Source of the DNA: Anthoceros angustus
Lineage: Eukaryota; Plantae; Anthocerotophyta
DNA length: 64,000 nucleotides
Direction: 5' to 3'
Assembly: GCA_010909165.1 (NCBI GenBank)
Contig: MU008152.1
Span: 572,689 to 636,688, forward strand
Shown here: positions 36,700-49,139 of the stretch, one piece after another
Layout of the letters: the number at the start of each line of letters is the position of its first letter
Position numbering within the stretch: position 1 is the first letter of the stretch
The notes under the pieces: generated by a model
The model's input: only the letters and a program-made list of their open reading frames with translations
Database searches by the model: none
What the model was told of the DNA's origin: nothing
Position numbers and translations under genes: made by a program

Positions 36700-39600
36700 G
36701 ATTTTCGATATAAAGGCATATCTCGAGGCACATTCTTCCGCCATGTTGTCTTTCCCACGCAATCTCGAACCTCTTGCTTTTTCGCCGCCGCTTGAGTTTC
36801 TCTTGATGCTTAATGCTCTTGTCTCCTCTCCACATTTCTCCGCCTCAATCTCAAGGGCTTTCTCTTGCTTAGAGACTGTAATTCAACCGCACGCCTCTCT
36901 ATAAGTGCCTCCAAATCCTTTTGCTGAAACCCCCTGCTTCGCTTATCATACTCCACCTGCTCGAGATCTCGAAGCCGCTCAAAGCACTTCCATTTCCATT
37001 TGCTGTGCAATATATCCAGAGGTGCTACCACAGCCACACTTCCTGGCCCGGGGATGATCACACTCACGCACAATGCCCTCCAAGAGGGGCCATCGCATCG
37101 ACTTCCATCGTCAGTATCAATGTTGTGAGGGATGTAAGGTCGCTTACACTAGTCGCAGGATTCACAACGCCAAGAACACAATTAGAAACTCCAAAAGAAT
37201 GAAAACAACAAACAAATGACAAAGAATCAACCTTGTCAACATATGGAATTTTCAAGAACACTCGTTGGTCCGCTTTATCCATCTGGATGCCTTGGCCACC
37301 GCTTGGAGGTATGTTTGCAACCAAAACACCACGCCTCCCACCGCCAAGAATAAAACCAAGATGATTAAAAATCATCCAACATGGCCTCTACAACAAAGGA
37401 ACTTGACAATACCAACTCGAACTTCAGACACAATGGACCACATGGTGCGAAAACTCGCACATTGTTGGTCCGCTTTCATGATGAACAACAGGAGTGGCCA
37501 CAGAGTAAGACCGATAAAAACAAGTCGACACGTGGATTTTGACAAAGTCCCTATACTTGCAACAAATCTCAAACACTTACATTGTTATATGTTGCACTTG
37601 CAAGGCGCCGATCTTCGCCGACTAAAATACTATTTCGTGAGTCACATTCGACTGATGGAAGAACACCCTTAAATCATCCCGCATCCGATTGAGTTCTTCG
37701 CTCAAAGCTCTGATAGGATCGCTCACCGTGAACAAGAACTCTTGTTGCACTGTTTGCTTGACCGACATATCTCGCAAAACATCGAACGTGTGAAGGAGCA
37801 TACAAAGGACTCAAATGTCACAAGCTTTCACATATTACCTTGAAAATCCAAAGATCCGTTTTATGGCCACACACTTCTCCCAAAGATCAAGGCACCGAGC
37901 CATCACGCGTGTAATCATCACATACGGCAGCTCTTATTGGTGTAATAGCCAACAAGCCCAGCCATCCATGGTCTTCATAACCTTGACATTCCTTTCGATA
38001 CACGAAGTTTTGCATACCAAGCCTAGCCAAGAAACATACAGTTAGAAAATTCAAACCACAAACTCAAGCCCAATCAACCACAAACTTACATTTGATCTTG
38101 GGTTATCAATGGTTGAATTGAAGAGAAACCCCTGAATTGACACATTCTTGTCGTTTGCAGACCACTTAGGAGAGTGATCAATAACTTTAAAAGTTTCAAT
38201 CACGTCCTTTTCGTAGTTTTTGACCTTTTGGCGGAAATGCTCACTCTGGTAATTCTTCATGTCCACTCTGTAATTTTTTGAAAGCCGTTCTTCATACCTG
38301 CAAATGAAGACGAGCACATCAAAACGTCAAAGAAACAATAAAACAGTACATCAAAACATCAAGACAGAACATCAAAACAAAGTGACAATAAAACAAATCA
38401 ACCAAAACATACTGAACGAAAGGTCCGCCTGAATGTGATGAAAATGAGAAGTCCCTAATGAGCAGGTTATGCAACTCTTCACCACCTCGAACTCCAAACC
38501 TCATGCAAAATATGCACACACGCAAACAATATATAAGAGCTCTGTTTAAGACCATAAATGAACAATCAAAGTGCACCCCAAAACCAACAATATTACCTTT
38601 TTGAGCCCCCCCAAATGAGCATTGATGATCTCGTGAAAGAATCGCTCATCATCGAAATCAACTTCACCTCTTTCGACATGACACAATCCCAAGGTCCTTG
38701 CTTTTCATGGACGCAACACGGACCCATGGAAAATTCCATGAAACATGTTGATCAGGAACATCGTAACTAAGCCGGCTTTGGTTGTGATGCACTTCCTTGT
38801 TAAAATTCGGTTAAAACCCACGAAGAAAGACATCACCGCAAGTGAAGATCGAATCATCATGTGAAAGAAAGTCGAACTATCAAAATCATCAAGATACTTA
38901 CGCTTCGGAGAAAATCTTGTCCTTCGAGGAACTTGATGGAAAAAGGATATCAGAATAAGATTCAGATCCTTGAGAGGAATATCCTCAACAGCACTGTCCC
39001 ATCCCCTCACACCACTCACTTTCATAAAGGCCTTTAGACGACTTTGACACCAGTTATTTTGCCTTTTAGACCTATCCTCCCCACCACTCAAAGCATCATT
39101 CACAGCTCCCTCAGAGACAACGGGATCAAACCCCTGCTCCCTAAAATTTACTTCATCATCGATTTCCTCCATACCCATAGCAAAGTCATCTTCGGGACCA
39201 GCACACTTTAGCCTCTCAAACATATCAAGGACTTCTTGATCAGGGATGACTCCAGGGTCAGGAACCAAAACAGGCATGGAAAACTGGCCAGCCTGTAAAC
39301 CATCCTGTTCAACCACACCACACAAATCTCTAGACTCTAGACAGGCTTTGGCGGCGGTCACAACCATGGGATCGTCAGTTATCAAAATCATTCTCCCTAC
39401 AAAGCTGGACCCCTCTCTCGGACCTTTGGGACATAGTTAGTAATGCTCGAAAGGACCTTGATACCCACGGGTTGAGTGTCACCCTTCTCCTCTTACTGAA
39501 ACTGTGCCCGTCAGGCATCCTTCTTGGATGAGAAGTGCCTTGGCGGTTTAGGAATGCCTTTTTGGAACTAAATATGTTCCTTCCACTGCCGAGACACCAT

Positions 39601-39745
39601 CAACTTTACCATCATCCTGCGATTGGATGAGTTGCGATGTGGAGAGAGCGGTGACTTAACTTTAGTGTCAGTGTTAGCCATGACTTCCATGAGGACCTTG
39701 CTTCTTTCCGGTCGAAGGCCCGGTGGGTTTCCTTTTAGGTGCCAT
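36700..39745 (-). pseudogene. Intron-containing tyrosine recombinase (Crypton/DUF3504-like) with a C-terminal coiled coil, copy 1
   Basis: MAPKRKP start after a TGCAG acceptor; QNNWCQSRLKAF...EDIPLKDLNLILISFFHQV; MRFGVRGGEELHNL (R at 38487-38489); YEERLSKNY; AWY; YYTNKSCR (37924-37947); GHKTD (~37865). Motif order and spacing match the YR R-K-(H)xxR-H-Y fold; the final Tyr is not securely placed because of an intron/indel. Confidence 0.82.
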
Positions 39746-41715
39746 CTGCAAGACACAACAACGTTAGAGTGGACAAGGAACACCAACATCCTAAAGAGAA
39801 CTTGACAAACAAAAACCACAACAAAAAACACACTTATGTGGTGTTCAGAACTTCCAAATAAGAACTTCCTGCTGAAGGGTCTAACAGATGATTATAAAAC
39901 AATTCAAGACGAAGGGAGGGGTGTGGGGGATATGGCACAGAACATTCATTGAATCTACACATTGTTAAATTTAGAGATCCCCTCCACTTTATGTTAGTGA
40001 GAACAGAGGACTCCTTTCCCAAAAGTACCCACATACTTCCTGTAATAAGACCCTTTTGCCAAATAATAACAAAAAAAACAAATAGCAAAAAATGTTAGGC
40101 CAGTGCACAAACAGCTACGGACATCGCATACTAGGAGATTCAATCGTGACTAATCAGGCAAGAAGGTTATCCTGATTCACAGACAGACCAGAGTCTGAAC
40201 GTTGGCAGGCCAACCCTTCACACGATGAGCAGCAATGCCTACACACACAATTTGATGGATTAGATAACTTAAAAGTGGTACCAAAGCAAACTTGACACGA
40301 CAAGGGCATATGACCAAACATATCACAAAGGAATCATGAGGTCTAAATGTAAAGTTGACATACCAGATCAAGGGTTACACCATGGACAAATTTTCTCAAC
40401 CCGACAAAGCTTGTCTGCACCAAAAGAAAACCAATAAGAACAAGAAAGCACGCTTTGCAGGCTTAAAAAACAAACAAACGATACAGAAGCATGACAGCAG
40501 GCTGCTTTGATGCAACAGGCTGATAAATGTAAAACACAGGACAAATGTAAACTGCTGTAACAGTTTAGACACCCTGTTTACCAACCCTGTCTTACGTCTA
40601 GAAAATCTTGAAATTACTTCCTGCGTCAAACACAAGAACATAAGACAATGAGAAACTAATACTGCTCAACATTATGAAATAATGCAAGCTACTGAAAAGA
40701 ATATAACTGACAGCATTTTTCAAAAGCAGCATCTGCGTAAAGACAGTATTGAAACAGAGTTTACACAAAGGACGTTCGTTGACGTACCAAACAAAATCCC
40801 GAAATGTGTCCGCCACTTAGACCGAAAACATGACTGCATCAAAAACAGCGAGGAGAGAGTAAGAACACACGAGGAAAGCGAACCCTGTCCAAGGACCGAA
40901 AACTTATACACAACCTTCGACTGCTTAGTCACAAACACATATTAAAACGTGAGAGCAACAAAACAACACAAAGACATCGATGGCGAAACCTAAACAGAAG
41001 TTAGATCGGACAGCGCGGCGAGACAAGAAAGCGGCGTGAGCAAAACAAAACCAAAGCATGGAACGGAGCGGCATCAAGCGGTAGATAAAGAGGTCACTTC
41101 AACAAAACAAAACAAAACAAGTTATAGCGGCGTTCTGAAGGTGAAAAAAAACAGGAAGGTGAAAGTATGGCACATGGAGCAGGACCTACAAAACAAAACT
41201 TAGCCTAGAAGCAACCAGGCGAAACTACGGGGCGAAGGCGATTCTTCTGGTCGATTTCAAAAAAGCGAGACACAATAGATGGGCTGGCGTCAACGGCAAA
41301 ACAAGTCAACAAGAGAAATGCGATGCGAGAAATCGGCTAGAACCAAAACTTATCTGAGAAAGTTAAAAGCTGTTTAAGCGACAAACACATATCAAACGTC
41401 ACGGCAAAACAAGAACACACGGCGAAGAATAAAGTCGGATCGGAATCAGAACACGAAAACAAGCGAGATGCAAGCGTACCAAGCCATGGAACCAGACGAC
41501 AACAAGCGAACAGATAAATGGTCACTTCCAACAATCAAACAGAAACGACCGTTTAGAGAAGGTCAAAAAAGAACACAGGTATCACACATGGAACAGACAT
41601 GAACAACCTTAGCCTAGATGCAACAACAGAAGAAGGCTCCAGGACGCAGACAGTTACTGCTGGTCATTTTCACAAAAACGAAGCAGACACCATCGACGCT
41701 GGCATCAATAGAAAA

Positions 41716-44120
41716 CATGATAATTTTTGAAGGGGGTGAATAATCTCGAAGGTGGTTTTCCGCAAATAATCTCTGAAGGGGGTTTTTGATGGGCCTAAAG
41801 CAGCGTTTGAAGGCATTCAACTCCGAAAAAGGGTGTCACCAGTAAAGTTACTACTTTCCATCCGGCAATGTTTGTATGGGAATGGTGTAAACTCAAACCT
41901 ACGGGAATAATGCAAAGTAGGAGCGGTGAGAAGGCCGTTCTGCCGGGAAGACATTGTAAACTCGGTTTGGGAGGAAAATGTGGTTTTTTATGACACCACA
42001 AAAGCCACAGACGAGTATTTCCCTACGGTAACATCGGCAACAGACTTACAACATTAACTCAGGACCCCGGGAAAAACGAGATTTCTTTCCTCATCCCCGA
42101 GTTCAATCCTTCGTCATCACTTGGTCCAGCTTCTCCTCCATTGTCATCATTATCGCTGCACTTTGACTCATGAGGTTGTATTAAACCACTTCATGAGCTT
42201 ATCCCTGCTCGCTTTTTGTCCACATACGGATGTTTAGGAGAGTACCCTCTACACTCACCGACCAAATCTGAGGCTCGATTTGATGGCATTTGCTTCTAAG
42301 GTTAGCCTTCATTCAAGGTTGCTTCTAAGGTTAGCCTCTGAATTTTCGATGGAAGTGCCCGCGTGCGAGAGTGCGTGGAAGGGAGGGCCACAATGGGCAC
42401 GCGAGGAGGCGGCGGCGGCGCCTCTCGTTCGCTCCACCGTCGGGCATAAAGTGCGGTGGTGCGGAGGAGGTGCCGGCGGCGGCGCCCTCCCTCACCACCG
42501 GCCTGGTGGCGCGTGGAGGGCGCCGGCGGCCGGCGGCGGCGCCCTATCCACGCACCGTCGGGGTTTACAGGTGGTGGCGGAGGGATGGCGCCGGCCGGCC
42601 GGCGCCTCCTGCACCACCAGCCGTATGCCCGACGGGTGGAGGCGCGACGGGCGGCCGGCGCGCGCCCTCCTCACGCACCACCCTCGTAGCCCGCGGGTGG
42701 CGGCGTGGAGGCGCGGCGGCGGCGCCCTCGCTGCTGCGCACCACCGTTGCCCACCCTACGGGTGGTTGGCGTGGCGGCCGGCGGCGGCGCCTCCCACGCC
42801 ACCCATCGGTGGGCCTCGGGTAGTCTTGGAGCGGGCGCCGGCGGCCCCTCCTTAGCACCCGTCGGTGCAGGCGGGTGGAGCTAGAGGCGGCCGGCCCGCT
42901 GCCTCCATGAGCGCCGGCCGGCGCCCTCCCCAACATGCCACTGCTCATGGGCGGCCGGCGGCCGGCCTCCCCTAACACACCCTGCCCGGGGCGCGGCAGG
43001 CGCCCTAACTGGTGCCGCCCATGGCGCGGCCCGGCGCCTCCTACACACCACGCCCATGGGCGGCCGGCGGCGTCCTCTGCACACCACGCCCCGTAATGCC
43101 GTTAGGCGCCCTCCCTAACACACCTGCCCATGGCGCCCCCCCACCCGCGCCCTCCCTTGGGCGCCGCCGGCGCCCACCAACATGCCATGCCTTGCCTTGG
43201 CCATGGGCCGGCGGCGCCCTCCCCTGCACACCTTGCCCTACCTATAGGCGCCGGCAGGCCGGCGCCCTCCTCATAGGTTGTCTTTAAGAAAATTAATATG
43301 TAGTGGCTCAATTGATTTGTAACTTGGGATTGTTGGTCTAGTGTTTGGGAAAAAGGTTTGGTAATGAATAGGTTCGGGGTTCAAAACCTATATCTTTTTA
43401 ATAACTCAACTTTGTTGATTTTAAGGATGCTTGCATGGGCGCATGGGCAACTAACTTTGTTCATTTTAAGAATGGCATTGCCTTAAAGCCCAAGTGGTTG
43501 CATTGAGTGCGGAAGGTTGAAGACTACATTGGCGACCTTTTGGATGAGGTCGACAAACCCTAGATCTTTGTGTGGCGGTCCACCGTCGGATAGTGGGCCG
43601 GGGAATGATACTATTGAAGCGAGCAAGCAATGGAGAGCGATAACTTTGAGGCGGGCGATATGGACGCATCCGGTATGGTGGTTCTTGACTCGATGTCGGT
43701 GCAAGGCATGGATGAGTCGAGGCCACTCTTCAATGACTATTATCGATGGCGATGACCACTCCCTCCTTTAGCGGATGTTTGTTGCAATGTTCTTCTGACG
43801 ATTAAAATGAGACTCCCTCTAGTACAGTTGTTTTCATTGTGTTCCACCACTTCAAAGTAAAAGTTTTGGTTGTAATAAACATATAAAAATGGCAGCCCTC
43901 TAAACATTCTACAAAAGCGCGGGCCCGCACCCTCATGCTCCAGTTCTAGGGTAGTGTTCACTTGAAAGTCGTCTTTTATCAAGGTATGACCTCGGAAAGG
44001 GTGTGTGCATTATCAAAGTAGGGCACATATGCTGTTCTAGGTAAGGTGTTCTTCGTGACAAGGGGGTGCTGTGGCGACCGAAGGGGGTTACTATATTCCC
44101 CCCCTTCAAAAATTATCGTG
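41716..44120. mobile_element. Non-autonomous TIR DNA transposon (~28-bp TIR, 8-bp TSD; superfamily unassigned)
   Basis: Left end CATGATAATTTTTGAAGGGGGTGAATA; right end (reverse complement) CACGATAATTTTTGAAGGGGGGGAATA. Flanks ATAGAAAA (41708-15) and TTAGAAAA (44121-28). The homologous empty site is at ~59625-59660. Confidence 0.85.
42380..43275. repeat. Extremely GC-rich degenerate minisatellite core of the TIR element
   Basis: Recurrent ggcggccggcgccctccc / cccatgggcggccgg units. Confidence 0.8.
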
Positions 44121-45071
44121 TTAGAAAACAAAATCAACAAAGACAACCTACAGCAACGAGTAATCAGCTAGCAACAAAGAGCTATCGGCGAACACAAACC
44201 AAATACCATCCTAGCAAAATAGTCATTCCCTATCATTTAGGAACCGCCTGACAAAAACAACATCGAAAGCGGGGCAAGGAAATCGAACAAGCGATACAAA
44301 AGCCAAAATGGTGACGGTGAACACAACACTAAAACCGCTGCCCAAGGCAAAAACCGCGAACATACGCGGCGAGAACTTACTCTGGGCGTATACAACACAA
44401 CATAAGCGCACAAAACAACAAAAGCGAAACAATAGACATCGGGACAACACAAAACAACGTAAGCGCAAATGGACAGCGACTTCAAATAAAGAGGGGCCCA
44501 ACCTTTAAGCTGACGAAACCTCGGCCTTGATTGCCAATCAATCTTAGCGCCGGACTAAGCAACAAGCTAACACGAGAGGCAAGGACACCTTGACCTTCGG
44601 ACCCGAAACCCCTTGGCCTTGAAAAGAACCGATGCGGACCAACAACACCTTGGCCTTGAACAATCTTCACGAGACCTTGGCAGCGAAGGCGGGAAAAACC
44701 TTAGCCTTCGAAAGGACCTGAAAGACACATTGGCCCAAAAACTTGAACAAAAGCCTAGAAGCCTAGAAGCCTAGAACACCTTGGCCTTCAAAAGAAGGCT
44801 ACAAAAAGAGCTAAGCCTTGAGGCGACAATCCTTAGCTGCGAAACTAGAACTAGCACTCATAAGACTTGACAAAGCACAGAAGCATGCACAAGGCATTGG
44901 CCTTGGCCCTACGAAAAACAACAGGCACCAGGCCTTGGCCTTCAAGCAGAGGAGGAAAGACCTTGGCCTCTGAAACTAGGCGAGCAGGGCCTAAGCTTTC
45001 GGACGGACCTTTTGGACCACCTCGGCCAAGAATGACAGAATGGGAAAAGACCTCCTGCTTTGGAGAAGCCA

Positions 45072-45080
45072 TTTATATAG
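45072..45080 (-). promoter_or_regulatory. TATA box (CTATATAAA) facing the recombinase gene
   Basis: Conserved with flanking GGCC and AAACCCTAA telo-box-like motifs in three copies (45072 minus, 52999 plus, 60521 minus). Confidence 0.6.
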
Positions 45081-47038
45081 GCCAGGAAACCCTAAACCTT
45101 CTCCCTCTGGCGGCGCCGCCATTCTCTCTCTACCAAAGCAAATTTGAATTAACCAAACCTAAGATTCCGAGCCGGATTCCAAACCTACTTAGGTTCGCCA
45201 TTCGCTGCCGCCGCCGCCCTGTTCAACCAAACCTAGGTTCTTGATTCCAAACCTAGCCTAACCTTTCAAATCGATCTCGAACCCCGATGCGTGGCGTAAC
45301 GAACCGTCCAACCACGGGGCCACGCCACATTGCCGTCGAACCATCTAGAACTTTCAGTTTTCAGTACTTAAACAGCACACATAGGGTTTTTGTTCACTTC
45401 TGCCCAACATGCCGCCAGGCTGCTCGCGGAGGATGTGGCGGTCGGCGCCATCTGGGTTACGATCAGTGCCTTCGACAGAGTGCCTCTTGCTCAAAGTTTG
45501 GCAGGTGTCCTCGGGGAAGGTCTGACGACGCAATCGGCTCCACGTTCCCTTCATCTCGGTACTGCCCACCACACGTAACAGGCGTCTGATGGGCTTCTTT
45601 CTTCAGTTGCCTAGTTTCTTGGTTCTAGTCCCTAGGTGGGTACACCAATTTGCACTCTCTGATCTTCTGCCACAATCTGATCACGTCTCTTTTTGCAGCT
45701 CACACCGGTGGCATCCAGCTTACGCTTAGCTCACGCCCGCCATAAGACAACAAAGTCTCGCTTTGGCGTCGCCGTGGAAATGCGACGTCAAGCTCACTAA
45801 CGTCGTGTCGGTTCTCCTCTATATTCGTTGAAGTCCTTTCGCCCACACCCAGCTATCTCGTGGGCTCTTGCTTCCAGCCATTGCTAGTGCATAGGCTATA
45901 ATCGCTGCTGTGAGTTTGCTATTGAGAACTGCCATTCTTATCCTGTGATTTGTCGCTGTAGAAAGTCTCAGAGCCCAGCGCTGCAAAAAGCCCCTTCAAG
46001 TTCCAGCGCCACAAGAAGTCCTCAAAGACATTAACAGGCCTACAGGTAGACAAACTGACCTTATTACCTTGGTTCTTTCCTTTCAAAGTCGGGCTAGTGC
46101 AGATCAACCGCAAGCTAGCAGGTCTTCGACAGTCTTGTCTTTGATCTGCTTGACGTTTGCGATACTGGCTTAATCTTCTGGTTGCCTTTCACCCAGGTCA
46201 CGACACGCGAACTGGCCATAAGCGATTAGTGTGCGGTCACCACAAGAACCTCTACAAGCGTAAGTCCTTCCTTCAACTGCTCTTAGAAGCTTATATCAGG
46301 CATGCGATGAATTACGAGCATGCCTCCCGCCTTGATAATCGCGGGCATGGCGATTCGCGAAGCATGCACTGCCATTTGACTCGGGCGTAGCGATGCGGTG
46401 GTGACTCGGGCGTGGCGTGTGCGGGCCACAGCATGCTTGGGACTGCAGCTAACGCCTGCAGTCTCAACCTTCAGCGGCTGCAGTCGTATGCGACTGACAT
46501 ATCCTTTCCTTTCCTTTCGTTTACAGGTAGGTCGCTTGCACCTGCAGCCGTAACCGCAACAAGCCGCATGCCGTTTACCATCGGTTGTGCGTTTAACAGC
46601 GGTTGAGCTTGCATACGTCTACAGCCATCAGTACTTCCGTTTTCATCTGTCTTCGAGGTAAGATTCTAGTATCAAAAGCTCCAGATTAATATCAGTCCTC
46701 AGGTTTTGAATTTAGTTAGAGTCAGCAACGTGTCAGTCAGCAACGTCACATGTTGTGATCAGAGTTCTTGACAAACTAATTCTTACTCCGTGTGTAGGCA
46801 GCAAGAAGCATCTTCGAGTAAGGCGGTCACGCCCGCCTCGTACCAACAGTAGAACACATCAAGTGGTCGTGCTTAACATTTTCCGTTCCTTGTGTAGGAA
46901 ATCTGAACGGTTATACTGAAAGGTTGGTATCATTTTGTTTTTAAACGCTCTGTAGAAGTAACAATGTGGCATGCACACAGCATGCAGTACAGAATCTGAA
47001 GGTACGGGCATAATCGCATGATCCAGCACAGCAGTTGA

Positions 47039-47717
47039 CACTACAAGGAGGGGCTACCTTTTACAAATGGGTCTAAGTTTAGTTAGAGGAAACTACAACA
47101 CTCTTTTCTGACTCAAAGCCTGTTGTAAGTTTTTGAACATTTACAACAAGGGTTCCTAACTAATATGATGTGGCATGGATTTTACAACGGGGTTTGTTGA
47201 CATGGCATGTTGACACAATTTTACAACGATTTGTTGACATGGCATGTTGACACAAATTACAACGGGGTTTGTTGACATGGCTTGCTCGTTGTACATGGCG
47301 TTGTTAATTGTGCATAAACTCTTTTGATTTAGAAAACTATGGGGGTTATTTGTTAATAAAACTACATTTTGTTGAATTTATAATGACGTGGCATAAAGGA
47401 TGTTATAAGCGGTACTTGTAAAAGGCGTTGTAAACCATGTTTGTTGTAGATGTGGTTGTAAATTGTGCAAGACTTGATTTTTGGAATAATACCATTTATT
47501 GGAATATCTATGAATAGATTTATTATTTGCTGATGTGGCAAGTTCGTTGCAAATGATGTTGTAAATATGTTTCTCTGGATTTATGTTAGTTATGGGATTA
47601 TCTTTTTTTTTTGTATTCTTGGCGTGTCACATGCATTGTAGCTATGGTTGTAAAAGCATGAAAACCATTTTATATAAATATCTATAAATAAATTTATTAT
47701 TTGCTGCAAGCTCATTG
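47039..47717. mobile_element. CACTA/EnSpm-like terminus, cut by an assembly gap
   Basis: Begins CACTACAAG, followed by repeated TTACAAC / GTTGTAA and GACATGGCA / GA(C/T)GTGGCA subterminal motifs in both orientations. Confidence 0.55.
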
Positions 47718-47718
47718 N
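47718..47718. other. Single N: probable contig join
   Basis: The sequence switches abruptly from the CACTA-like region to the middle of a recombinase gene. Confidence 0.85.
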
Positions 47719-49139
47719 CACAACCATGGGATCGTCGGTTATCAAGAAATCATTCTCCCCACAACCGGACCCCTCTCTATAATCGGGACATAGTTAGTAA
47801 TCTCGCAAGAGGACCTTCAACCAATGCCACAGTCGAGTGTCCACCCTTCTCCTCTCGAACAAACTCACGCACGTCGAGCATCCTTCTTGGATGAGAAGTG
47901 CCTTGGCGGTTTAGGAATGTCTTTTGGGAACTAAATAAGTTCCTTCACTGTGCACCAAGACACCATCAACTTTACCATCATCCTGCAGGATGGGTTGCGA
48001 TGAAGAACTGCGGATTTGACACTGTCTTGTGTGTACGGCTTAGCCATGACTTCACCAAGGACCCTTGCTTTTTCCGTCCAAGGCTGGGTTTCCTTTTAGG
48101 AGCCATCGCAAAGCCAAAAAGAATTAGAGTGGACAAGGAACAAACCATCCTAAAGGAGAACTTCAAACAAAAATCAAAACCAAAAACACTTACGTGGTGT
48201 TCGAACTTCCAAAACGAACTTCCTCTGAAGGGTCTAAGATGATTATAAAACAATCCAAGACAAAGAGAGGTGTGGGGACATGGCATGAACATTCATTGAA
48301 TCTACACATTGTTAAATTTAGTGATCCTTTCCACTTTATGTTAGTGAGAGAAGAGCACTCCTTTCCCAAAAATACCCACATACTTCCCGTAATTAGACCT
48401 ATTTGCCAAATAATAAGAACACAAAAACTGTTAGCCCAGCATAAACAAACAAAGACAGCATAACGACGAACATTCAATCGACTAATCAAGCAAGAAGAGG
48501 TTATCCACGATTCACGAGACGAATCGAACGTTAGGGCCAACCCTTCACACGATGAGTGAAGCCTACACACAAAAATTTGAATTAAATAACATAAGTGGTA
48601 CCAAAGCAAACTCTTACCACAAAGAAGAACCAAACAATGACGAAAATGACAAAGACCATCGGTCAATACATCAAGAATCATACCATATCAAGGATAACAA
48701 CATAAACAAAACTTCAACCGTCGGACCAAAGCTTGTCCGAAAGCTTGTCGCACCAAAGCGAAAACCAATAAGAAAGAAAGCACGTTTTGCATGACAAAAC
48801 AAACAAACGACATGTAATTATAATTGTCAATGCAAGAGAAAAAGTAAACCAGGACAAATGTAACTCAAGTCACAGTTTGCACAGACTGTTAACCAACACT
48901 CTCTTACATTAAAAAATCTTGCGGCCAATTACTTCCTGCGTCTCAGACAAGAATACAAGACAATTAAAAAATGCTGCTCAACATAAAGAACAATGCAAGG
49001 TACTGAAAACAAGATAACTGATAGCATTTTTCAACAACAACATATGCGTAAAGCTAGAGTAACAAAATGACACAAAAGACGTTTCCTGACGTACCAAACA
49101 AGGTCCCAAACTGTGTCCGCCACTACATTTGAAACCTTG
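47719..49139 (-). mobile_element. Crypton-like element fragment, copy 3 (leader plus N-terminus)
   Basis: Colinear with 39360-40822; MAPKRKPSLGRKKQGSLVKSWL starts at 48106. Confidence 0.8.

Larger units (their letters stand above)
35945..46500 (-). mobile_element. Crypton-like tyrosine-recombinase element, copy 1 (ends approximate; interrupted by a TIR element)
   Basis: Homologous in inverted orientation to 52340-58850 and in direct orientation to 47719-49139 and 58855-62300. No TIRs or LTRs seen. Confidence 0.7.

Noticed and set aside
42280-43311. Arg/Gly/Ala/Pro-rich ORFs (also 63120-63934)
   Set aside because: Stops are depleted in very GC-rich repeats, and the frames are not conserved between the two copies.
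35945-46500. DIRS/Ngaro retroelement or prophage integrase as the source of the recombinase
   Set aside because: There is no RT/RNase H, split or inverted terminal repeats, or phage genes within the repeated unit; the gene has spliceosomal introns and DUF3504-type motifs.
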